A stretch of DNA of 38,949 bases, from NCBI GenBank assembly GCA_002704665.1, contig PAHB01000075.1, forward strand, positions 1 through 38,949, in the 5' to 3' direction. The position numbers and the translations under genes are program-made. The notes beneath the pieces are model-generated. The model was not told the DNA's origin. It did no database searches and saw only the letters and a program-made list of their open reading frames with translations. Positions 8,964-17,323 of the stretch are shown one piece after another. The DNA is from Pseudomonadota bacterium. GTDB lineage: Bacteria > Pseudomonadota > Gammaproteobacteria > Burkholderiales > Eutrophovitaceae. Numbering within the stretch: position 1 is the stretch's first letter; the number at the start of each line of letters is the position of its first letter.

Positions 8964-10322
8964 CTAAATTGAGCTATTTATTGCCCATTTAAGTGTGTCG
9001 ATAATGATATCTATATGTTTTTTTTCCGCGATGAGGGGAGGGGTTAAAGCTATATTTTCGCCAGCCGGACGAACCAACACATTTTTTTCAAAACATTTTT
9101 CAAAGATATCGTATGCACGTTGCGAAGGTTTTTCTGCAATGGGTAAAAATTGTATTCCACACATCAGACCATAGTTACGAATATCTACGACATTACGAAG
9201 ACCCTTTAAAGAATGAACCGCATCTTCAAAATAGCTACTGAGTTCATTACTTCGTTCAAACAAGTTTTCGTCGCGATATACTTTAAGGGTAGCGTTTGCA
9301 GCTGCGGTTGCAAGAGGATGTCCCGAATAGGTATATCCATGGTAAAACTCTATGGCCCAATCCGGGCCATGCATAAACGCATTATATATATCCGAATTTA
9401 CGATAACTCCTCCCATCGGAACTGTGCCGTTTGTAACTCCTTTGGCAAATACAATCATGTCGGGTGTGACCTGGAATTTTTGGGCGGCGAAAGCCTCTCC
9501 TGTCCTACCAAATCCAGTAATTACCTCATCAAATATCAATAAAATTTTATACTTACTACAAATCTCACGCAGCCTTTTAAGGTATCCTCTAGGTGGAACC
9601 AAAACTCCGGCCGATCCGGAGATGGGTTCTACGATTACCCCGGCGATATTTGACGGATCATGTAGTAATATAATGTTCTCCAACTCATCTGCTAATTCAA
9701 CCCCCGAATTAGGTTCACCTCTTGAGAATGCATTTTTTTCTATATTCAAGGTATGGGGAAGATGATCGACTCCGGGAATCAGTGATGAGCTGAACATTTT
9801 TCGGTTGGGCACTATTCCACCGACTGAGATGCCACCAAAACCTACTCCGTGGTACGCCTTTTGCCGACCAATGAATCTGTGTCTTTGACCGTCGTTTTTT
9901 GCGCGGTGATATCCCAAGGCAATTTTTAGGGCACTGTCTACCGCTTCCGAACCAGAGCTAGTAAAAAAAACGTGATTAAGTCCAGGGGGCGCTATATTGG
10001 TGATTGATTCAGCCGCCCTGAAAGCTCCCTCGTGAGACATATTAAACGCTGTCGCATAATCTAATTTTTCAACCTGCGATTGGATAGCTTTTACTATCGG
10101 TTTGCGGCAATGCCCTGCGTTAACGCACCACAACCCAGCAATTCCGTCTAGGATGGATTTTCCGGTGCTAGTTTTGTAATACATGTCTTTCGCATTCTCT
10201 ATCAAGCGAGGGGATGCTTTAAATTGTCTGTTAGGAGTGAATGGCAGCCACAAGGGGTCCATATTAATTTCCTTACCGCTTGCAAGTTTCTCTAAATTGA
10301 ATTTATCTCTTACATTCATCAT
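8964..10322 (-). CDS. class-III (omega) aminotransferase, beta-alanine/taurine-pyruvate transaminase-like
   Basis: 452 aa with GLWCVNAGHCR, DEVITGFGRTG and the PLP-lysine context FAKGVTNG. Confidence 0.85.
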   Translation of the reverse strand: MMNVRDKFNLEKLASGKEINMDPLWLPFTPNRQFKASPRLIENAKDMYYKTSTGKSILDGIAGLWCVNAGHCRKPIVKAIQSQVEKLDYATAFNMSHEGAFRAAESITNIAPPGLNHVFFTSSGSEAVDSALKIALGYHRAKNDGQRHRFIGRQKAYHGVGFGGISVGGIVPNRKMFSSSLIPGVDHLPHTLNIEKNAFSRGEPNSGVELADELENIILLHDPSNIAGVIVEPISGSAGVLVPPRGYLKRLREICSKYKILLIFDEVITGFGRTGEAFAAQKFQVTPDMIVFAKGVTNGTVPMGGVIVNSDIYNAFMHGPDWAIEFYHGYTYSGHPLATAAANATLKVYRDENLFERSNELSSYFEDAVHSLKGLRNVVDIRNYGLMCGIQFLPIAEKPSQRAYDIFEKCFEKNVLVRPAGENIALTPPLIAEKKHIDIIIDTLKWAINSSI

Positions 10323-10473
10323 GCCCTCCGCTGTGGAAACGGTTTTACAAAAATTCTGCGTATTCTAAGTATAGCTCGAAGCAATTTTTTATCCAATTGG
10401 GTTGTCGATGGAAATTTGTTGGCTTATGCTTAGGGTAAAACTTGTATAAAACGACGCATACACGGGTAAACTT

Positions 10474-11673
10474 ATGGATATAAAATTATCTCAGGAAGAT
10501 GAAAAATTCAAAAATGAGGTTAGGGATTTTGTCGCCAACAAATTGCCTAAAGACATTGCTCGCAAGGTTTTAGAGCATAGACACATTGGGAAAGAAGACA
10601 CTGGGAGGTGGCACGCAGCGCTTTTTAAAAAGGGTTGGGCCGCTCCGAACTGGCCTTCAGAATCGGGCGGGGCACAGTGGACTGCTTTGCAGCAGCACAT
10701 TTTTGACGAGGAAGCCTCAATCGCGGGTGCCCCACGGTTATCTCCGTTCGGTATTAATATGATTGGCCCAGTGTTACTTGAATTTGGAACGGCTTACCAA
10801 AAAGAGCGATTTCTTCCAAAAATTTTGTCTGGGGAGGAGTGGTGGTGCCAGGGATATTCTGAGCCTGGTTCGGGATCAGATTTAGCGTCTTTAAGGACGC
10901 AAGCTCAATTAAAAGAAGGAAAATATATTGTAAATGGACAGAAAACCTGGACTACCCAGGCGCATTGGGCAGATATGATGTTTTGTCTAGTTCGAACTGG
11001 TCAAGAGGGAAGAAAACAGGACGGAATTTCGATGTTGCTTATTGATATGCACCACCCGGGAGTCGAGGTAAGGCCTATTTCCACGATTGATGGGGGCAAC
11101 CAAGAAATTAACGAAGTTTGGCTTCAAGACGTCGAAGTTCCCGCAGAAAATATTGTGGGAGAAGAGGGTCGAGGGTGGACCATAGCAAAGTATCTTTTGT
11201 CCCATGAGAGGACTAACACAGCTGGAGTTGGTGCATCAAAAAGGGAATTAGCTATTCTTAAACAAATTGCCTCAAGTGAGACGTTGGGCGGAAAACCAAT
11301 CATAGAGGATGCGCTTTTCCGAGATAAAATTACTAAACTGGAAATTGACCTGTTAGCTCTTGAATGGACTGTTTTGAGAGTTGCCGCGGTTGAGGCCAAC
11401 GGAGAGGCGCCAGGACCCGAGGCCTCTATCCTAAAATTACGTGGTACGGAGATACAACAGGAGCTAACTGAGCTTCAAATGGAGGCGATTGGTCCCAATG
11501 CTCTGCCGCATTTGCCGATGTCATTGGAGGATAATTGGATCGGACCTAACGTTGGGCCTAAATATGCGACACCTTTAGCATCTCGATATTTCAATTATCG
11601 TAAGGTGTCCATTTATGGCGGGACTAACGAGATTCAAAGAAATATAATTTCGAAAAGAGTTTTGGGTTTATAG
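10474..11673 (+). CDS. acyl-CoA dehydrogenase family protein (first of a tandem pair)
   Basis: 399 aa with an ACAD fold. The C-terminal block is SIYGGTNEIQRNII, so Gly replaces the usual YEG Glu. A Glu is present in LLSHERTN, the position of the helix-G catalytic base in IVD/LCAD-type enzymes. Confidence 0.85.
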   Translation: MDIKLSQEDEKFKNEVRDFVANKLPKDIARKVLEHRHIGKEDTGRWHAALFKKGWAAPNWPSESGGAQWTALQQHIFDEEASIAGAPRLSPFGINMIGPVLLEFGTAYQKERFLPKILSGEEWWCQGYSEPGSGSDLASLRTQAQLKEGKYIVNGQKTWTTQAHWADMMFCLVRTGQEGRKQDGISMLLIDMHHPGVEVRPISTIDGGNQEINEVWLQDVEVPAENIVGEEGRGWTIAKYLLSHERTNTAGVGASKRELAILKQIASSETLGGKPIIEDALFRDKITKLEIDLLALEWTVLRVAAVEANGEAPGPEASILKLRGTEIQQELTELQMEAIGPNALPHLPMSLEDNWIGPNVGPKYATPLASRYFNYRKVSIYGGTNEIQRNIISKRVLGL

Positions 11674-11707
11674 TGAGGTGTATAGATTTGGGAAAGAGTG
11701 ATTAACT

Positions 11708-12895
11708 ATGGATTTTTCATTTTCAGAGGAACAAAAATTACTGAAAGACTCGATCGATCGGTTTTTAGAAAAAAATTACTCTTTCGAGCTTCGCCAATCC
11801 ATGATCGATGAAAGGCAAACTATGTCAGCAGAGGTTTGGCAGGGGTTGGCTGGCTTAGGTGTACTGGGGGTGCCGTTTTCTGACAAATATGGTGGATTTG
11901 GAGGAGGTGGTATTGAGACCATGCTAATAATGGAATCTTTGGGTAATCATCTCGTGATCGAACCATACTTATCCACAGTTGTTCTCGCCGGAGGGTTGGT
12001 AGATCGAGGAGCTGCAGATTGGCAAAAACAAATTATTTTGCCAGGAATAATAGACGGAACAATGCTTCTATCGTTCGCTCACGCTGAGCCCCAATCCCGA
12101 TTTTCCGTCAATCATGTTGAAACGGTAGCAAAACCAGATGGCAGCAACTGGGTTATTGAGGGAAAAAAATCATTGGTTCTGCACGGTCCGGCAGCTGAAA
12201 AGGTAATAGTCTCGGCACGAACCAGTGGAGAGATGAACGACCTAGACGGTGTATCATTGTTCATTGTCGAATGTGACGAGGAAGCACTGGGTGGACACGA
12301 GTACCCACTCTATGATGGAACTAGGGTTTTGGACCTTCAACTAAATCGAGTCAAGGTCGGTCCTGACTCCTTGATTGGTCCAATTGGTAAGGCGATGCCG
12401 TTAATAACGGAGATTATCGATAGGGCGGTGGCAGCGCTTTGCGCTGAAGCTATTGGTGTAATGGATCGTACCCATCAGATGACGCTAGATTATTTAAAAA
12501 CAAGGGAGCAATTTGGTGTGCCGATAGCGAGATTCCAAGCGCTTCAGCACAAATCGGTAGATATGTTTATAAATCTAGAGCAGGCGAGATCTATGTCTGT
12601 TTTAGCTTCTGGTTCTCTGGGTTTTTCTTCTTCTCTGGAAAGGAGCAAGGCAGTTGCCGCAGCCAAGGATTTTATTGGTAGGGCTGGACGTTCACTTGGC
12701 CAGGAAGCCATCCAGTTGCATGGAGGTATGGGGATGACTCAAGAGTTGGCGGTTGGGCACTATTTCAAAAGGTTGGAAGCAATAGATGTTATGTTTGGAA
12801 ATTCATCCCATCATAGGAGGGAGTTTGCAAATTTCGACGGTCAAGACAATCCAGTTGAGTACACTCAACCAAGAAAAAAGTGGAAACAAATTTAG
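11708..12895 (+). CDS. acyl-CoA dehydrogenase family protein (second of a tandem pair, probably non-catalytic)
   Basis: 395 aa with an ACAD fold (LHGGMGMTQE). The C-terminal block is DVMFGNSSHH with no YEG Glu, and the helix-G position reads IIDRAV. Confidence 0.8.
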   Translation: MDFSFSEEQKLLKDSIDRFLEKNYSFELRQSMIDERQTMSAEVWQGLAGLGVLGVPFSDKYGGFGGGGIETMLIMESLGNHLVIEPYLSTVVLAGGLVDRGAADWQKQIILPGIIDGTMLLSFAHAEPQSRFSVNHVETVAKPDGSNWVIEGKKSLVLHGPAAEKVIVSARTSGEMNDLDGVSLFIVECDEEALGGHEYPLYDGTRVLDLQLNRVKVGPDSLIGPIGKAMPLITEIIDRAVAALCAEAIGVMDRTHQMTLDYLKTREQFGVPIARFQALQHKSVDMFINLEQARSMSVLASGSLGFSSSLERSKAVAAAKDFIGRAGRSLGQEAIQLHGGMGMTQELAVGHYFKRLEAIDVMFGNSSHHRREFANFDGQDNPVEYTQPRKKWKQI

Positions 12896-12922
12896 GTTTT
12901 TTACCTTCCCGTTGTTAATTCC

Positions 12923-13387
12923 GTGAACGTAGTGAAGAGTTATTGGGAAGATTTTCGTGTTGGTGAGAGAGTCCTGATGGGGTCCGTGAAAGTTACCAAG
13001 GAAGATATTGTTAGGTTTGCGGTAGAATACGATCCGCAGTTATTTCACATCGATGAAAAGGCGGGTGAAAGTTCTATTTTTGGGGGGTTAATTGCCAGCG
13101 GCTGGCATACTTGCTCACTGGTCATGAAAATGATGTGTGATTCTTATCTACTGGATTCGGCCAGCATGGGGTCTCCGGGAATGGAAAATATCAAATGGGT
13201 TAAGCCGGTTCGGCCAAATGACGTTTTGACCGGGTTCAGAACTACCATTGAGACAAAAAGCTCGCGTAGTAAACCCGATAGAGGTTTTGTTAAAACTCTG
13301 TTTGAAGTGTTCAATGATAGTCAAGAACTAGTAATGTCGATGGAGGGTGTGGGAATGTTTAGGCGTAAAAATGTTAATAAAAAATAA
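12923..13387 (+). CDS. MaoC family (R)-specific enoyl-CoA hydratase/dehydratase
   Basis: 154 aa with the hotdog hydratase motif YDPQLFHIDEKAGESSIFGGLIASGWHT. GTG start as in the ORF track. Confidence 0.8.
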   Translation: MNVVKSYWEDFRVGERVLMGSVKVTKEDIVRFAVEYDPQLFHIDEKAGESSIFGGLIASGWHTCSLVMKMMCDSYLLDSASMGSPGMENIKWVKPVRPNDVLTGFRTTIETKSSRSKPDRGFVKTLFEVFNDSQELVMSMEGVGMFRRKNVNKK

Positions 13388-14129
13388 AACCAATTCTTTT
13401 TTACATACAGTCCATGTTTTGTTTCGGCGTGAGGATATTGTTGAGGAGAAAAACTTAAAAAATACAGTTGTTGTTGTCCTTGATATCCTTTTTGCCACCA
13501 CAACGATAGTCAGTGCCATCGCTAATGGGGCAAGACTGGTTATCCCGGTTCGAGACGAGAAAAGTGCTCGTGAAGTTGCAAGTCAATATACCCGAGAGTC
13601 ATCGGTCTTAGCGGGAGAACTGTATGCAGAAACCATTTCAGGCTTTGCCTCTCCGACTCCGCTAGCTCTAGGTGAAACCGGCTTAAAAAATAAAGTTTTG
13701 ATTTACTCGACAACTAACGGAACCGTTGCACTTAACCAAGCATCCGAATCGAATACGGTCTACGTTGGATCATTAATCAATGCTAAAGCTGTTGTTGAAA
13801 AAATTTGTTCTTTTGATAGAAATAAATCGATTTTGGTTTTATGCTCCGGGTCAATGGGATTACCCAACTTAGAGGATGCTTATGGGGCAGGGTATTTTGT
13901 CGACCTATTAATGAAGCACAGATCTGGCGACATTAAGACTTATTCGGATGCAGCTCTAGCTGCTCAACGGATTTTTTTATCGGGTCAACCGGAGGAAACA
14001 CTTTTTTTGTCTAGAGTGGGGAGACTTATGGTTGAGCGTGGAAAAGAGAGAGAAGTTAAATACGCTGCCAACCTTTCTAAGCTGGACATTGCACCAGAAT
14101 TAGAAAATAATCAGGTAGTAGTTAAATAG
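13371..14129 (+). CDS. 2-phosphosulfolactate phosphatase (ComB) family protein
   Basis: Family-typical blocks VVVVLDILFATTTIVSAIANGA, VLAGE, STTNGT, LINAKAV and CSGSMG..NLEDAYGAGYF. I chose the ATG at 13371, which overlaps the MaoC gene by 17 nt. The ORF track's GTG at 13347 would overlap it by 41 nt. Confidence 0.7.
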   Translation: MLIKNKTNSFLHTVHVLFRREDIVEEKNLKNTVVVVLDILFATTTIVSAIANGARLVIPVRDEKSAREVASQYTRESSVLAGELYAETISGFASPTPLALGETGLKNKVLIYSTTNGTVALNQASESNTVYVGSLINAKAVVEKICSFDRNKSILVLCSGSMGLPNLEDAYGAGYFVDLLMKHRSGDIKTYSDAALAAQRIFLSGQPEETLFLSRVGRLMVERGKEREVKYAANLSKLDIAPELENNQVVVK

Positions 14130-14147
14130 TTAGAGAGGGTTTTATCG

Positions 14148-14453
14148 GTGAAATATAGGGTGTTTTTTTTCGCGATTATGATTGGTTTGCAGGGTTCTAC
14201 GTTGGCTGCGGTAGACTGCGCACGCGCAAAAGAAAACGTTGATAAATTAGTTTGTTTTAATAGTAAAGCGGCTGCTGCAGAGGAAAGAATGGCTCTCGCT
14301 TTTCACCATGCATTACAGAGGGGAGTTTCTCCCGAGATACTGAGACAGACACAGTCTCACTGGAAGAAAAACGTGCGAGATGTTTGTATTAATGTCGAAT
14401 GTATTGTCGGCGCTCACGAGGAAAGAATAGCTGAGTTATATGAACTTCAATGA
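14148..14453 (+). CDS. small secreted protein, DUF1311/LprI-like
   Basis: 101 aa with a signal-peptide-like N-terminus (MKYRVFFFAIMIGLQGSTLAA). It has four Cys and the C..C / Q..W...R..C pattern typical of DUF1311. GTG start with AGAGAGGG 8 nt upstream. Confidence 0.5.
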   Translation: MKYRVFFFAIMIGLQGSTLAAVDCARAKENVDKLVCFNSKAAAAEERMALAFHHALQRGVSPEILRQTQSHWKKNVRDVCINVECIVGAHEERIAELYELQ

Positions 14454-15373
14454 CTAAGGTTATCGATCCAGTCGGCGCTAATAGGCTTGGATAAATCTTG
14501 TTCCATGAAAATAGAGCGTAGGAGAATGACCAGCTCTGCGCGACTCTCGGGTGAAATGTTTGAACCAGGCGCCCTCACGGTACTTGAAGAAATTGCTTGT
14601 CGTAACTTTAGAATTTCTTTCCTGATCGCCACTCCTGGTTGTTGCTCAAAAACAATTAAGGGTAGGAAGCGTTGGTATAATTCCAGTGCTTTATTTTCGT
14701 CATTTCGATCTATGGAATCCTTCAAAGCAATCAATAATTCAGGAAAAGCAAATCCTGTGTTGAAACCGTCGGATCCGGCTTTTAAATCAAATAGTCCGTA
14801 GAGACCTCCAAGCCCAGTTAGTACAGAAGTGGTTTTTAGTTTTTGTTTTAAAGCTCTTATTTTTTTAGAAGTGGGGACGGCTTCTTCCTTTATGCACTGT
14901 ATGGATTGGTTGTTTTCCACCAGTTTGATAATCGTTGCACTTGGCATTTGCACACCGGAAGATGCAGGATGGTCTTGAAGAACTATTGGTAGCGGCATTA
15001 CTCTTGATATCATGTGGTAATGATTGATAATCTTTGACTCGTTTAGACCGGGTTCGTTATGTGGGGTAACCATTACTGCGCTCGCCCCGAGCTTGTATGC
15101 ACTTTGAGAGAAGTTGCAAGCCATAAGCGTTCCGCCAGCACTGGTTCCTACTATTACCGGCATTTTCCCAGCAGCATTTACAGTTTGTTTAATTATTTCT
15201 TCCCTTTCATTATCCGTTAGTCGATTGGCTTCTCCCAACACTCCAAGGACGGTTACCCCATCAACGCCAATTTTTTTCATTAGATTAACCAGTCTCTCTA
15301 AGGATGAAAAATCTACACTTTCATCATGATGAAATGGGGTTACAAGTATTGGGAAGATGCCATTAAAATTCAT
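14447..15373 (-). CDS. dihydrodipicolinate synthase family lyase (DapA-like)
   Basis: 308 aa with GIFPILVTPF, VLGVLGEANRLTDNEREE and the Schiff-base lysine context IQCIKEEA. Its stop overlaps the convergent gene at 14148-14453 by 7 nt. Confidence 0.8.
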   Translation of the reverse strand: MNFNGIFPILVTPFHHDESVDFSSLERLVNLMKKIGVDGVTVLGVLGEANRLTDNEREEIIKQTVNAAGKMPVIVGTSAGGTLMACNFSQSAYKLGASAVMVTPHNEPGLNESKIINHYHMISRVMPLPIVLQDHPASSGVQMPSATIIKLVENNQSIQCIKEEAVPTSKKIRALKQKLKTTSVLTGLGGLYGLFDLKAGSDGFNTGFAFPELLIALKDSIDRNDENKALELYQRFLPLIVFEQQPGVAIRKEILKLRQAISSSTVRAPGSNISPESRAELVILLRSIFMEQDLSKPISADWIDNLSH

Positions 15374-15460
15374 AACAAATATCTTTCGGGTTGTTGTTTC
15401 AATAAGTTTTGAAGTGCTACGATATAGCTTACCAAATAAAAGACTTTAGGGGGACAGACT

Positions 15461-16222
15461 ATGGATATGCCTATAAACAAATTGAAAAAAAATCTTTTGC
15501 AGGGAAAAAATCAATTTGGTTGTTGGTTAAGTTTGGGTAGTGGAGCTGTGGCGGAAACGTGTGCTTGGGCAGGCTTCGATTGGCTCCTGATTGATACAGA
15601 GCACTCGCCGACCGAGATTAGTGAAGTTCATCACCAGCTTCAAGCAATCCACGGGCATGAAACTTCTCCCATAGTTAGAGCGTATTGGAACGATACGGTT
15701 TTTATAAAACGACTTTTAGATCTTGGTGTTCAGACACTGTTGATACCATACGTTGAAAATGCTGAGGAGGCAAAAAATGCTGTGGCGGCTGTCAAATATC
15801 CACCAAAAGGAAGTCGGGGAGTATCTGGCTTTTCGAGAGCTAATTTTTATGGGAGAGTCGGCGATTATTTTGCGCATGCAGACAACGAGATTTGTTTGAT
15901 GCTTCAAGTTGAATCAGTAACCGCCATTAAAAATATTCCTGAAATCGCAGCTATTGAAGGAGTAGATGTTATTTTCATTGGCCCAGCTGATCTTGCTGCC
16001 GATATGGGTTTCCTAGGGCAACCTAGACATCCAGAGGTAAAAAAAATAATGCGTGAAGCGATAAAGACTATCAGATCTGCGGGCAAGGTGGCAGCAACGT
16101 TAGCGTTTGTCGAGGAGGATGCAAAAGCCTGGGTAGATGAGGGGGCCCAGTTGGTCGCAGTTACCTCTGATATGTCTATGCTAACCGGACAGGCGAATAA
16201 AATTGCAAAGCGCTTTGGTTAA
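15461..16222 (+). CDS. HpcH/HpaI family class II pyruvate aldolase (4-hydroxy-2-oxoheptanedioate / 2-keto-3-deoxy-acid aldolase type)
   Basis: 253 aa with GFDWLLIDTEHSP, YPPKGSRG and IGPADLAADMG. By eye it is collinear with E. coli HpaI as I recall it. Confidence 0.85.
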   Translation: MDMPINKLKKNLLQGKNQFGCWLSLGSGAVAETCAWAGFDWLLIDTEHSPTEISEVHHQLQAIHGHETSPIVRAYWNDTVFIKRLLDLGVQTLLIPYVENAEEAKNAVAAVKYPPKGSRGVSGFSRANFYGRVGDYFAHADNEICLMLQVESVTAIKNIPEIAAIEGVDVIFIGPADLAADMGFLGQPRHPEVKKIMREAIKTIRSAGKVAATLAFVEEDAKAWVDEGAQLVAVTSDMSMLTGQANKIAKRFG

Positions 16223-16242
16223 CTAATTGTTAGGAGAATACG

Positions 16243-16704
16243 ATGGCATCAATCTCAGTCGAAAGTATTGATCAACTAATAGCCTCTACTGGTAAAGAAT
16301 TGGCTAAGAGCGACTGGCTGGAAATCACTCAAAGTATGGTAGATAACTTTGCTGACGTAACCGGTGATCCGCAATGGATTCATATTGATAAAGAAAAAGC
16401 GGTGGCTGAATCACCTTTTGGCGGGACCGTTGCACATGGTTTTCTAACGGCTTCGCTGATGGTGTTTTTCATGAATAAATCGATTGAAATGCCATTTTCA
16501 AATATGGGAGTCAATTATGGTTTTAACAAACTACGCTTTACGTCACCGGTGTTAGTGGGATCCAGATTACGATCGTGTTTTACAGTAAAGGAGGTAAAAA
16601 AAATCGAAAATGGAGTACAGATTGTCTGGAATGTCATTATGGAGTGTGAAGGACAAACAAAACCAGTGTTGGTTGCTGATTGGGTGACCCGGAGATATCA
16701 ATGA
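16243..16704 (+). CDS. MaoC family dehydratase (NodN-like)
   Basis: 153 aa with the motif TGDPQWIHIDKEKAVAESPFGGTVAHGFLT. Confidence 0.8.
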   Translation: MASISVESIDQLIASTGKELAKSDWLEITQSMVDNFADVTGDPQWIHIDKEKAVAESPFGGTVAHGFLTASLMVFFMNKSIEMPFSNMGVNYGFNKLRFTSPVLVGSRLRSCFTVKEVKKIENGVQIVWNVIMECEGQTKPVLVADWVTRRYQ

Positions 16705-16725
16705 AGGAGGGAAAATAAAATATGA

Positions 16726-17178
16726 ATGATTTCAGGTTGGGATATGGCTAAGGAAGATTTTAATTTTTCTACTAAAATTAGGGTCAGGTGGGCGGAGGTG
16801 GATAAGCAAGGTATTGTTTTTAATGCGCACTACCTTTCTTATTTGGATATAGGTATAACGGATTATTATCGAGCTATCGGCCACCCCTACTATGGTCCTT
16901 TTCCTGAGACAGGAACAGACTTATTTTTGAAGTCAGCATCTATAGAGTACCATTTTTCGGCGGAATTTGATGATTTGATCGATGTATATATGCGTATCTG
17001 CCGAATTGGAAATACAAGCTTTGAGTTTAGAGCCGAAATTTATCGGAAAGACACATTATTAACATCGGGGGGATTGATATACGTGAATGCTGATGCCAAT
17101 AGCCACAAACCCACCAGAGTACCGGAATTTCTGAGGAGCGCATTTTTGAGCTTTGAGAAGATCAGGCCTGAGGAATAG
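16726..17178 (+). CDS. acyl-CoA thioesterase, 4HBT/YbgC hotdog family
   Basis: 150 aa with RVRWAEVDKQGIVFNAHYLSYLD, typical of 4HBT-type thioesterases. The start could instead be the ATG at 16744. Confidence 0.7.
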   Translation: MISGWDMAKEDFNFSTKIRVRWAEVDKQGIVFNAHYLSYLDIGITDYYRAIGHPYYGPFPETGTDLFLKSASIEYHFSAEFDDLIDVYMRICRIGNTSFEFRAEIYRKDTLLTSGGLIYVNADANSHKPTRVPEFLRSAFLSFEKIRPEE

Positions 17179-17323
17179 TTTTAAGTGGGCGGATCGCGTA
17201 GAATATTAATTCAATCGTAATGTTTTCAGTCTAACCATTTTAAAAGGCTGACCTAGAAATATCTTTAAATGACAAAATGATAGACATTCATAAATAAAAA
17301 CTAAATCTTAAGGAGTTTAATAA

